This document shows positions 46,303 to 55,191 of a stretch of DNA of 64,000 nt, one piece after another (the first letter of the stretch is position 1; the number at the start of each line of letters is the position of its first letter). The stretch covers positions 54,955 to 118,954 of the forward strand of contig CAZAUL010000001.1 of assembly GCA_964488545.1 (NCBI GenBank), written 5' to 3'. A program made the position numbers and the translations under genes. The DNA comes from an uncultured Gammaproteobacteria bacterium. Its GTDB lineage: Bacteria > Patescibacteriota > Microgenomatia > UBA1406 > GWC2-37-13. The notes under the pieces were generated by a model that was not told where the DNA came from, did no database searches, and was given only the letters and a program-made list of their open reading frames with translations.

Positions 46303-47409
46303 ATGAAAAAAATTATTATATGCGGCGGCCATCCCACACCAGCACTTTCGCTTATCGACGAACTTATAACAACAAAAAACTATGATGTCGTGTTTGTTGG
46401 GAGAAAATACGCAATCGACTCAGAACGCACATTGTCGTACGAATATAAGGAGTGTCAACGGCGTAATATTCGATTTATTGAACTCCACGCAGGTAAATTA
46501 ACACGCATTGCGTCACGATCAAGCCTTGTTGGATTGTTACGATTTCCCATTGGATTTGTTGTTGCCTTGCTCATCTTACTTAAAGAGCGGCCCAACCTTA
46601 TTATGTCATTTGGAGGGTATATAGCACTACCCATTGCATCGTGGGGTAAGCTGTTTGCAATCCCCGTATTTACCCACGAACAGACCATGAAGGCGGGAAC
46701 CGCAAATAAATGGATTGCTTCATTTTCTGATAGAGTTTTTACCGCATTTCAGGATACTCAAAATCAGTTTCCCCGTGGTAAGACTACATGGATTGGAAAT
46801 CCGGTGCGCCGTTCAGTGTTTGCAACTAACACGCTATCATTGCAATGCGATGACACTGTGCCGGTTTTGTACGTAACAGGAGGGTCGTTAGGGTCGCATA
46901 GTATAAACGTTCACATTTTCAACATAATAGACTCACTGGTAAAACGTTTTACCGTCGTACATCAGATTGGAGATATTAAAGAGTATGGGGATTATGAAAA
47001 AGCAAAGGAGATACAAAGAAAAATCCGCGCGATGTATCCAGGGAGATATATTCCTGTTACTCATGTTTCTGAGGATGATATTGGAGCACTGTATGCAAAA
47101 TCAACCTTAGTTATCGGGCGAGCGGGGGCAAACACGTTTTTTGAACTAATCCTTCTTCGCAAACCCGCACTTCTTATTCCTTTGCCTTGGTCAGCAAACG
47201 GCGAGCAGAAAGCACACGCGCAGTTTTTTGAAGACAATGGTATCGGTCACATTTTTGATCAGAAGCAAAAAAGCAATGAGCTATTAAAAATAATTGAAGA
47301 GATGTGTATAAACAAGAAAAAATACATCGAGAGATTTAATGCGTTACCACTTCAATTTAAACATGATGCAACTCAAAAACTTCTTGAAGAAATTCATCGT
47401 ACGATATAG
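46303..47409 (+). CDS. murG: UDP-GlcNAc--undecaprenyl-PP-MurNAc-pentapeptide GlcNAc transferase MurG
   Basis: GGHPTPAL, HEQTMKAGTANK, GGSLGS, and GRAGANTFFEL. Confidence 0.9.
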   Translation: MKKIIICGGHPTPALSLIDELITTKNYDVVFVGRKYAIDSERTLSYEYKECQRRNIRFIELHAGKLTRIASRSSLVGLLRFPIGFVVALLILLKERPNLIMSFGGYIALPIASWGKLFAIPVFTHEQTMKAGTANKWIASFSDRVFTAFQDTQNQFPRGKTTWIGNPVRRSVFATNTLSLQCDDTVPVLYVTGGSLGSHSINVHIFNIIDSLVKRFTVVHQIGDIKEYGDYEKAKEIQRKIRAMYPGRYIPVTHVSEDDIGALYAKSTLVIGRAGANTFFELILLRKPALLIPLPWSANGEQKAHAQFFEDNGIGHIFDQKQKSNELLKIIEEMCINKKKYIERFNALPLQFKHDATQKLLEEIHRTI

Positions 47410-48088
47410 CTTGTTTTTAGCAGGAATCATGATAGGCCTCGGCTGTATGGCTTTGTCTCAGCGGGTTTTTGTTTATAAAAATATCTCCATTGTTGGTGCT
47501 ACAGCACCTGACCGCGACAGAGTAACCAAAGCAATAGTAGGCAAATCGGTTTTTGTGTTTCCCGCACAAAAAATAGAAGAAGTTGTGCGTGTATCGCTCC
47601 CAACCTCAGCCGACATAACGGCGCATGTTACGCTTCCAAGTACACTATCTCTTGAGGTGAGGTATAAGAAAACTTTTGCCGCACTAGCAACAGATAAAGG
47701 CTATTTATATGTTTCAAACGATGGAATGATCATCAAAAAAGACCGGGAACATGATAAAAAAACACCTATTATTCATAATAATTTTCAAATTCTTCATAAC
47801 GAATATCAGACGGGACAAACAATCACCTTTACCAGTATAGGTAGAGCACTCCAAGCAATACAGGTTCTCACCGCAGAAGGACTAATAGTTGATTCTATTG
47901 ATATTGACAGCGTTGATATGATAGCATGTAAAACAAGGACCATTGAGGTTGTGTTTTCACAGACAAGAGATTTTGCGTTGCAGACACATGAAATGCGCCA
48001 GATAGTAAGGCGTTTGCGATTGGGAGATTTAAAAATTGAAGCAATTGATCTCAGATTTGACAAGCCAATTGTCAGAACTAAGTCATAA
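47363..48088 (+). CDS. ftsQ: FtsQ/DivIB-like cell-division protein
   Basis: Single TM helix followed by a POTRA-like region. Sits between murG and ftsA. The start is uncertain (47339-47366) and overlaps the murG 3' end. Confidence 0.55.
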   Translation: MMQLKNFLKKFIVRYSLFLAGIMIGLGCMALSQRVFVYKNISIVGATAPDRDRVTKAIVGKSVFVFPAQKIEEVVRVSLPTSADITAHVTLPSTLSLEVRYKKTFAALATDKGYLYVSNDGMIIKKDREHDKKTPIIHNNFQILHNEYQTGQTITFTSIGRALQAIQVLTAEGLIVDSIDIDSVDMIACKTRTIEVVFSQTRDFALQTHEMRQIVRRLRLGDLKIEAIDLRFDKPIVRTKS

Positions 48089-48093
48089 ATGTT

Positions 48094-49365
48094 ATGAGTG
48101 ACAGGATAATTACCGCAATCGATATTGGTAGCTCAAAGATAGCTACGATTGTTGGAATTGACACAAAAGATTCAGACGAACTGCGTATAGTTGGATTCAA
48201 CTCAACACCTTCACGAGGAATAAAAAAAGGACTAATCATAGATATTGACAAAGTTTCGGAGTCAGTCGAAGAGAGTCTTGAACGTGCTGAGCGCATGGCA
48301 GGTCAAAAAATTACTTCAGCCTATGTTTCGGTAGGGGGACCACACATTTCGTCTCTTAACTCGCGGGGAGTTGTAGCTGTTGCTCAGGCACACGGGGAAA
48401 TAACATCCGAAGACGTGGCTCGTGTTATCGAGGCCGCACGGGCAATTTCACTTTCATCTACTCGCCAGATTATTGAGGTTACGCCCCGTGATTTTATTGT
48501 TGATGGACAGGAGGGTATTCGAAACCCTATTGGTATGAGTGGAGTACGGCTCGAAGTAGATACACATATTATCACTGCTTCACAGATTAACCTCAAGAAT
48601 ATTGGGAGATGTATTGAGGATTTGGGTGTACAAAATAGCGGATTTTTGTTTGCGGGATTAGCTTCTGCTGAATCCGTACTTACAGAAACAGAGAAGGAGC
48701 TAGGCGTTGCGTGTGTTGATATTGGTGGAGGCAAGACAGACATTTCACTATACGTTGATGGTGCACTTTCTTACTCATCATCGCTTCCAATTGGTGCTCG
48801 GCATATAACAAACGATATTGCGGTAGGATTACGTGTTTCGCTTGATTCTGCTGAAAAAATAAAGCTTTTTTTAAGCCGATACTTTAAACCTTCGGATCGA
48901 ACAAAAAAAATTCCGGAGCAGTTGCCCATGCATGAACTCGTAATCCCCGAACAGTTGGATGGATTTACTCCAAAAACGGTAATAGATGGAATCATTGCCC
49001 CGCGATTGGAAGAGTTGTATAAACTCATTGGTGAGGAAATTGTGAAAAGCTCATATATGGAGCAAATTCCATCTGGTTTAGTAGTTACTGGTGGTGGTGC
49101 ACATACAACAGGAATTATTGAGATGGGGAGAAAGGTTATTGGTCTTCCAGTACGAGTGGGCGTGCCGGGTGGTGTGACTGGACTCATTGACGAGATTTTG
49201 GATCCACAGTTTGCGGCAACAGTTGGCCTCATATTATATGGAAGATCACATGGAGGCGAAGTAAAGGAAGGATCATGGGTTGATATGGGATCGATGTTTA
49301 AGGGGATTTCAGGAGGAGTATCGCCAGATAAAATTAAAAATTTCTTTAAGCAGTTTATTCCATAA
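48094..49365 (+). CDS. ftsA: Cell-division protein FtsA
   Basis: AIDIGSSKI, DIGGGKTDIS, and VVTGGGAHTTGI actin-fold motifs. Confidence 0.95.
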   Translation: MSDRIITAIDIGSSKIATIVGIDTKDSDELRIVGFNSTPSRGIKKGLIIDIDKVSESVEESLERAERMAGQKITSAYVSVGGPHISSLNSRGVVAVAQAHGEITSEDVARVIEAARAISLSSTRQIIEVTPRDFIVDGQEGIRNPIGMSGVRLEVDTHIITASQINLKNIGRCIEDLGVQNSGFLFAGLASAESVLTETEKELGVACVDIGGGKTDISLYVDGALSYSSSLPIGARHITNDIAVGLRVSLDSAEKIKLFLSRYFKPSDRTKKIPEQLPMHELVIPEQLDGFTPKTVIDGIIAPRLEELYKLIGEEIVKSSYMEQIPSGLVVTGGGAHTTGIIEMGRKVIGLPVRVGVPGGVTGLIDEILDPQFAATVGLILYGRSHGGEVKEGSWVDMGSMFKGISGGVSPDKIKNFFKQFIP

Positions 49366-49373
49366 AGAACATA

Positions 49374-49408
49374 ATAAGTTGTGAGCTACAAGCTATAAGT
49401 TACAAAAA
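49374..49408 (+). repeat. Five tandem degenerate heptamers ATAAGTT GTGAGCT ACAAGCT ATAAGTT ACAAAAA
   Basis: Read directly from the ftsA-ftsZ spacer. Ends 3 nt before the ftsZ ATG. Confidence 0.5.
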
Positions 49409-49411
49409 TCT

Positions 49412-50539
49412 ATGTTAATAAAACCAAGCGCAGGTCAACCAGCCCGAATTAAAGTTATTGGAGTTGGGGGTGGCGGAGGTAATGCGCTATCTTCTATGAT
49501 AGGTGAGGGTGGTATCGCAGGTGTTGAATTTGTTGCGGTAAACACGGATGCACAAGCATTACTACATAATAAGGCGGCAATAAAGGTGCAAATAGGAGAA
49601 CAGGTAACTAAGGGCCTTGGATCTGGTGGTAATCCTGAAGTGGGTCGACAAGCCGCTGAGGAGTCACGCGAGCGAATCAAGGAAGAGATAGCCGGTAGTG
49701 ACATGGTTTTTATTACGTGTGGCGAGGGTGGTGGTACTGGCACGGGCGCCTCACCCATAGTTGCCGAAGTTGCCAAAGAATCAGGGGCATTAACAATCGC
49801 TGTAGTTACACGGCCATTTGAATTTGAAGGTTCGAGAAGAAAATTTGCTGCCGATGACGGTATTCAAAAGTTAAAGGAAAAAGTTGATACTTTGATTGTG
49901 GTACCAAATCAACGTATTTTACAGGTTGTCGATAGAAAAACGCCAGTACTTGAAGCGTTTAAGAAAATAGACTCTGTACTACACCAGGGAGTAAAAGGAG
50001 TTGCTGAACTTATTACTGTACCCGGACTTATTAATGTAGACTTTGCAGATGTGCGCACCATTATGAGTAACGCAGGTACAGCTATAATGGGAGTTGGTAC
50101 GGGTACCGGTGATAAACGGGCTATCGCAGCAATTAAAATGGCTATATCATCACCACTTCTTGACACCTCAATCGAAGGAGCTCGCGGAGTACTCTTTAAT
50201 GTGATGGGTGGACCAGACCTCACGATGGCTGAGATAGATGAAGCCGCCTCTCTTATCACTAAGTCGGTAGATCCTGATGCTGATATTATTTTCGGAGCAG
50301 TAATTGATGATCAAATGATGGATCAAATAAAAGTAACGCTTGTAGCCACAAAGTTTGATGAGTCCCGCATTAAACTTTTTAACTTTAAAAAGACGCCAGA
50401 ATATACCGAGCCAAAATACGAAGAGAAAAAAGAGGTGATAGAAAAAGAGGTTGATGAACGAGTTGACTTAGCTTCGTCAGATGAGATGATGGAGGACGAC
50501 AACGAGTTTGACATCCCAGCATTTTTGAGAAAGAAGTAA
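49412..50539 (+). CDS. ftsZ: Cell-division GTPase FtsZ
   Basis: GVGGGGGNA, the tubulin signature GGGTGTGASP, and the C-terminal peptide DIPAFLRKK. Confidence 0.97.
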   Translation: MLIKPSAGQPARIKVIGVGGGGGNALSSMIGEGGIAGVEFVAVNTDAQALLHNKAAIKVQIGEQVTKGLGSGGNPEVGRQAAEESRERIKEEIAGSDMVFITCGEGGGTGTGASPIVAEVAKESGALTIAVVTRPFEFEGSRRKFAADDGIQKLKEKVDTLIVVPNQRILQVVDRKTPVLEAFKKIDSVLHQGVKGVAELITVPGLINVDFADVRTIMSNAGTAIMGVGTGTGDKRAIAAIKMAISSPLLDTSIEGARGVLFNVMGGPDLTMAEIDEAASLITKSVDPDADIIFGAVIDDQMMDQIKVTLVATKFDESRIKLFNFKKTPEYTEPKYEEKKEVIEKEVDERVDLASSDEMMEDDNEFDIPAFLRKK

Positions 50540-50548
50540 TGCTATAAT
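50540..50548 (+). promoter_or_regulatory. Extended -10 element TGcTATAAT, 7 nt upstream of the ileS ATG
   Basis: Read directly from the sequence. No good -35 at 17 nt. Confidence 0.4.
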
Positions 50549-50555
50549 TATCTTC

Positions 50556-53495
50556 ATGTTTAAACCTGTTTCGTCTACTCAACACTTTCCAGATATGGAA
50601 AAGGCCCTTCTTGATAAATGGTATTCCACCGGAATAATTTCAAAGTATATTCATAAAAACGCAACCGCCACAAAAACATTCTCATTTTTAGACGGACCAA
50701 TTACAGCAAACAATCCCATGGGCGTACATCACGCGTGGGGTAGGACCTATAAAGATATATGGCAGAAATATCACAATTTACATGGTTATCGTGAGCGCTT
50801 CCAAAGCGGATTTGACTGTCAGGGGTTATGGGTTGAGGTTGAGGTTGAAAAAGAGCTGGGACTGAGGTCGAAAAAAGATATTGAAAATCTTGTGCCAGGC
50901 GACCGCAATGCATCTATAGCCAAATTTGTTCAGTTGTGTAAAGATCGCGTACATAAATTTTCCAAAGTGCAGACAGAACAGTCGAAACGGCTTGGCTATT
51001 TTATGGACTGGGACAACTCATATTTTACGATGAGCGATGAAAATAACTACATGATATGGCATTTTTTAAAGGTTTGCTATGAAAACGGATGGATGTATAA
51101 AGGGCATGAGTCAGTGCCGTGGTGTCCACGATGTGAAACAGCCATATCACAACACGAAATGCTTACCGAAGACTACAAGGAAGTAGTACATGATTCGCTG
51201 TTTATTGAGGTCCCCATTGTTGGGAGGAAAAATGAATATTTGCTGTATTGGACTACCACTCCATGGACACTGCCGGCAAATATCGCTGTAGCCGTTGATG
51301 AGAATATTGAATACTCACTCGTTGAAGGAATTACGGGAAAACAGTTTTGGGTCGCAAAGGATAGGGTTGAAGACATATTTGGAAAAGAAAAAAAATCAAT
51401 AATTAAAACTGTTAAGGGTAAAGAGTTGGTCGGTCTAAAGTATGAGGGTCCGTTTGACCATCTTCCCGCTGTATCCGAAGTTGGTGGTTCTCACCCTCTT
51501 TTTCACACAGTAGTTGCAACCGACCCTCTCATCATGCCCATTTCAACAACTGAAGGAACTGGTCTGGTACATACAGCGGTGAGTGCAGGTACTGAGGATT
51601 TTATGCTTGGAAAAAAGCGAGGTTTACCTATGATACCTGTTATTGCTGATGATGCCTCGTATCTTCAGGGTTTTAACGAATTTTCAGGTAAGAATGCAAA
51701 AAAACATCCAGAACTGATTGTTGAGTTTGTAAAGAATCATAAAGATGGAGAGTTTTTCTTTAAAATGCTTCGGTACAAACACAGATATCCAGGATGTTGG
51801 CGATGCAAGTCTGAATTAGTTTGGAAAGTAGCAGATGAATGGTACATTGGAATGGATATAAAAGGTAAAGACGGCAAAACGTTTAGAGAGCGTATGATTG
51901 CTGTTGCAAAGCAAATCAACTGGATTCCATCTTTCGGACTTGAGAGAGAGCTTGACTGGCTCAACAATATGCATGATTGGTTGATAAGTAAAAAAAACAG
52001 ATACTGGGGTCTTGCGCTTCCCATATATGAATGTGAGTCATGTAAAAAGTTTGAGGTGATTGGTTCGAAAGATGAACTGAAATCACGTGCAATATCCGGC
52101 TGGGCTCAGTTTGATGGTAACTCTCCTCATAAGCCTTTTATTGATGAGGTAACTATCGCATGCGGATCCTGTAAAAAAGAAATGCTACGCATAGATGATG
52201 TGGGAAACCCATGGCTTGATGCGGGTATAGTGGCATATTCCACAATTGCCAAAGACAACGGAAAAACACCTCTTTACCTGGAGGACAAAAAAAAGTGGGA
52301 GGAGTGGTTTCCAGCAGATTTTATTACCGAATCATTTCCAGGTCAGTTTAAAAACTGGTTTTATGCACTTATTGCGATGTCGACAGCTCTCGAAGACAAG
52401 CCGCCTTTTAAGACAGTGCTTGGATTTGCAACTTGCACCGGAGAAGACGGAAGACCCATGCATAAAAGCTGGGGAAACTATATTGAATTTAATGAAGGCG
52501 CGGAAAAAATAGGTGTCGACGTAATGCGATGGATGTATGCACGGCAAAACCCAGCTGACAATCTTTTGTTTGGCTACAAACGAGCCGATGAAGTTCGCAG
52601 ACAGTTTTATTTGATGATTTGGAATATCTATAAATTTTTTGTTGACTACGCGAATCTTGAAAAAATATCGCTAACAAAGAGTGCAAATGCCGTTTCCGTG
52701 TTGGACCAATGGATACTTGCAAGACTGTATCAATATGTTGAAACTGCGAAGACGGCTTATGACGCATTCGATGTTCAAACGGTGGCGCTTCAGGGGGAGT
52801 CGTTTATTCAAGATGTATCTACCTGGTTCATTCGCCGAAGCCGAGATCGTGTTTGGGTGAATTCAGATAACGCAGAAGATAAACAGTCATTCTATAATAC
52901 GATGCACACAGTACTAACAACGTTTGCGGTGGTAACCTCGCCCGTAATGCCATTTATCACCGATGAAATTATTACCAACCTTACTGTAGAGTCATCGGTG
53001 CATTTGTGCAGTTGGCCGGTACTTTCTCATGACTTCAAAAACGAAGATATAATCGGAGATATGGCGCTTGTTCGTACCGTTGCTGAAACAGGGCATAGAG
53101 TGCGCAAGGAAAATAAACTCAAAGTGCGCCAACCGCTCGCCAAGGCAGTAATAATGTTAGGAAAGGGTAAAGCATTTGGAATTTCGACAAACCGCGATGA
53201 ATACATGAAACTGCTTAAGCTCGAACTGAACGTAAAACAACTATCCTTTGAGTCTTCTCAATCCGATGATTCCAGTGTTGTCTTTGATACTGGTATGACA
53301 GACGACCTGATTTATGAAGGAAAGTTACGAGATCTAATCAGATCTATTCAGGAAATGAGAAAAAATCAGGCAGTGCGTACAGATCAAAATATCAAATTGA
53401 GTATTCCTGCGGAGTTTATGAAGTCAAGCGATGTAATTGCAAAAAAAGTATTGGCAACAGATATTACGGAGGGTGAACTATGTATTCGCTCTTAA
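50556..53495 (+). CDS. ileS: Isoleucine--tRNA ligase
   Basis: FSFLDGPITANN..., WCPRCETAIS, DWLISKKNRYWGLALP, and a C-terminal anticodon-binding region. The class I signatures are divergent (VHHA, PMHKS). Confidence 0.85.
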   Translation: MFKPVSSTQHFPDMEKALLDKWYSTGIISKYIHKNATATKTFSFLDGPITANNPMGVHHAWGRTYKDIWQKYHNLHGYRERFQSGFDCQGLWVEVEVEKELGLRSKKDIENLVPGDRNASIAKFVQLCKDRVHKFSKVQTEQSKRLGYFMDWDNSYFTMSDENNYMIWHFLKVCYENGWMYKGHESVPWCPRCETAISQHEMLTEDYKEVVHDSLFIEVPIVGRKNEYLLYWTTTPWTLPANIAVAVDENIEYSLVEGITGKQFWVAKDRVEDIFGKEKKSIIKTVKGKELVGLKYEGPFDHLPAVSEVGGSHPLFHTVVATDPLIMPISTTEGTGLVHTAVSAGTEDFMLGKKRGLPMIPVIADDASYLQGFNEFSGKNAKKHPELIVEFVKNHKDGEFFFKMLRYKHRYPGCWRCKSELVWKVADEWYIGMDIKGKDGKTFRERMIAVAKQINWIPSFGLERELDWLNNMHDWLISKKNRYWGLALPIYECESCKKFEVIGSKDELKSRAISGWAQFDGNSPHKPFIDEVTIACGSCKKEMLRIDDVGNPWLDAGIVAYSTIAKDNGKTPLYLEDKKKWEEWFPADFITESFPGQFKNWFYALIAMSTALEDKPPFKTVLGFATCTGEDGRPMHKSWGNYIEFNEGAEKIGVDVMRWMYARQNPADNLLFGYKRADEVRRQFYLMIWNIYKFFVDYANLEKISLTKSANAVSVLDQWILARLYQYVETAKTAYDAFDVQTVALQGESFIQDVSTWFIRRSRDRVWVNSDNAEDKQSFYNTMHTVLTTFAVVTSPVMPFITDEIITNLTVESSVHLCSWPVLSHDFKNEDIIGDMALVRTVAETGHRVRKENKLKVRQPLAKAVIMLGKGKAFGISTNRDEYMKLLKLELNVKQLSFESSQSDDSSVVFDTGMTDDLIYEGKLRDLIRSIQEMRKNQAVRTDQNIKLSIPAEFMKSSDVIAKKVLATDITEGELCIRS

Positions 53496-54517
53496 TTCCT
53501 GCGGCGGTATTGTGGATATTTTCCATAATGAATCAGTTTGGGATTGCGACCCGGCTGGGTATTGCGCAGATTGGATACACATTAGCAGGGATTACTGTTT
53601 TTTTTATTGTAAAGCGGTTAGGGAGAAAGTTTATTACCGCAAATATCCAGACTATATTCTGGGTTTTTTTTGGTCTTCTGATTATTACCTTTATGGTGGG
53701 GCTCGAAGTAAAAGGTTCTCGACGGTGGCTTGATCTTGGATTTGTCAACTTTCAGCCGTCTGAATTCCTGAAAATTTGGTATGTAGCCTATCTTGCTCAG
53801 GCGCTTGCCGGCGTGCGTAAAAATAATTTAACTCTTTCATTTTATTTAACCCAACTCATTACAATGGGTCTGCCATCTGGCATAGTTCTACTGCAACCCG
53901 ATTTAGGGAATGCGCTTGTATTTGTGGGTATTTTTTTTATTATGTTGCTTTGTTCAGATCTACCCAAAAAATATCTTGTGAGAACTGTGCTTGGGGGTGC
54001 AGCTCTTTTGCCGGTAATTTGGGTTTTTCTGCACGATTACCAGCGCAACAGACTGTTAAGTTTTGTACAGCCACACCAGGATCTTCAAGGTACCTCATAC
54101 AATATGATACAGGCAGTTATTACTACAGGATCAGGAGGTTTTTTGGGAAAAGGTCTAGCGAGGGGAACTCAATCGCGACTATCATTTTTACCCGAAAATC
54201 ACAGTGATTTTGCCTTTTCATCCCTAGTTGAACAGTTTGGCTTTATTGGAGGATTTGTGGTTATTTGCGCAGAATTTGCCTTAATAATTCTTCTTTTACA
54301 ACGTGCGCACCGATTTTTACAGAGCAATGATCAAGACTCTCAGTACAAATACTACTATTCACTCGGTATTGCAGCCCTCCTCATTATTCAGGTGCTTGTC
54401 AATATCGGCATGAATTTGGGGGTGCTCCCCATTGCGGGAATCGCGCTTCCGTTTATTTCAGCAGGCGGGTCGATGTTTGTGGCTGTTTGCATTGGTTTTG
54501 CTTTGGTAAAATCGTAG
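53480..54517 (+). CDS. rodA: SEDS protein RodA/FtsW family
   Basis: FQPSEFLKI, LQPDLGN, LPENHSDFAF, and ALPFISAGGS. Overlaps the ileS 3' end by 16 nt. Confidence 0.85.
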   Translation: MYSLLIPAAVLWIFSIMNQFGIATRLGIAQIGYTLAGITVFFIVKRLGRKFITANIQTIFWVFFGLLIITFMVGLEVKGSRRWLDLGFVNFQPSEFLKIWYVAYLAQALAGVRKNNLTLSFYLTQLITMGLPSGIVLLQPDLGNALVFVGIFFIMLLCSDLPKKYLVRTVLGGAALLPVIWVFLHDYQRNRLLSFVQPHQDLQGTSYNMIQAVITTGSGGFLGKGLARGTQSRLSFLPENHSDFAFSSLVEQFGFIGGFVVICAEFALIILLLQRAHRFLQSNDQDSQYKYYYSLGIAALLIIQVLVNIGMNLGVLPIAGIALPFISAGGSMFVAVCIGFALVKS

Positions 54518-54530
54518 ACATAATTATTGT

Positions 54531-54559
54531 TTGAAAATTAAGCCCAAGTGCTTTATAAT
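54531..54559 (+). promoter_or_regulatory. Near-consensus promoter TTGAAA-17-TATAAT, 8 nt from the rplU ATG
   Basis: Read directly from the sequence. Confidence 0.55.
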
Positions 54560-54567
54560 TACAGCTT

Positions 54568-54876
54568 ATGAGTAAAGTTGCGGTGGTGAAAACAGGTGGA
54601 AAACAATACATAACGAAGGAACAGGACTTTCTTGTTGTCGACAGACTTGGTCTTGAAGCCGGAGCCGAATGTGAACTTGACGCCGTTGCTGTATTTGACA
54701 CAGAAGGCGACGTTGAGGTAGGAATGCCTCTTCTTGAAAAGAAAGTAAAAGCAAAAATAGTTGAGCACGTTGCAGGCGATAAGGTTCGCGTCTCGCGATT
54801 TAAGGCAAAAGTCCGCTATCGCAAAGTCAAAGGATTTAGACCAAAATATACAAAAGTTCAAATTTTAAGTATTTAA
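54568..54876 (+). CDS. rplU: 50S ribosomal protein L21
   Basis: VAVVKTGGKQY and RFKAKVRYRKVKGFRP. Confidence 0.95.
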   Translation: MSKVAVVKTGGKQYITKEQDFLVVDRLGLEAGAECELDAVAVFDTEGDVEVGMPLLEKKVKAKIVEHVAGDKVRVSRFKAKVRYRKVKGFRPKYTKVQILSI

Positions 54877-54877
54877 C

Positions 54878-54912
54878 AGCTATTAGCTAGTCGCTAACAG
54901 CAATAAGCTAAC
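54878..54912 (+). repeat. Five tandem degenerate heptamers AGCTATT AGCTAGT CGCTAAC AGCAATA AGCTAAC
   Basis: Fills the whole rplU-rpmA spacer and ends 1 nt before the rpmA ATG. Confidence 0.55.
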
Positions 54913-54913
54913 T

Positions 54914-55159
54914 ATGGCACATACAAAAGCACAAAAAGCAGTAAAAGGAAATCGTGATTCACACGCACGCAGACTTGGTGTAAAGCGCTATGGAGGCCAG
55001 GTTGTTGATGTCGGCAACATAATTATTAGACAGCAAGGTACAAAGTTTTGGGCAGGAGAAGGCACAATACTTACAAACGACTTCACTATACAAGCAGTAA
55101 AAAAAGGCACAGTAGCATTCATCAAAAAACAAGGTAAGACCTACGTAACCGTGGCATAA
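54914..55159 (+). CDS. rpmA: 50S ribosomal protein L27
   Basis: MAHTKAQKAVKGNRDSHARRLGVKRYGG...GNIIIRQQGTKF. Confidence 0.95.
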   Translation: MAHTKAQKAVKGNRDSHARRLGVKRYGGQVVDVGNIIIRQQGTKFWAGEGTILTNDFTIQAVKKGTVAFIKKQGKTYVTVA

Positions 55160-55191
55160 AACAGTACTGCTCTATATGATAGAATGTTCAC

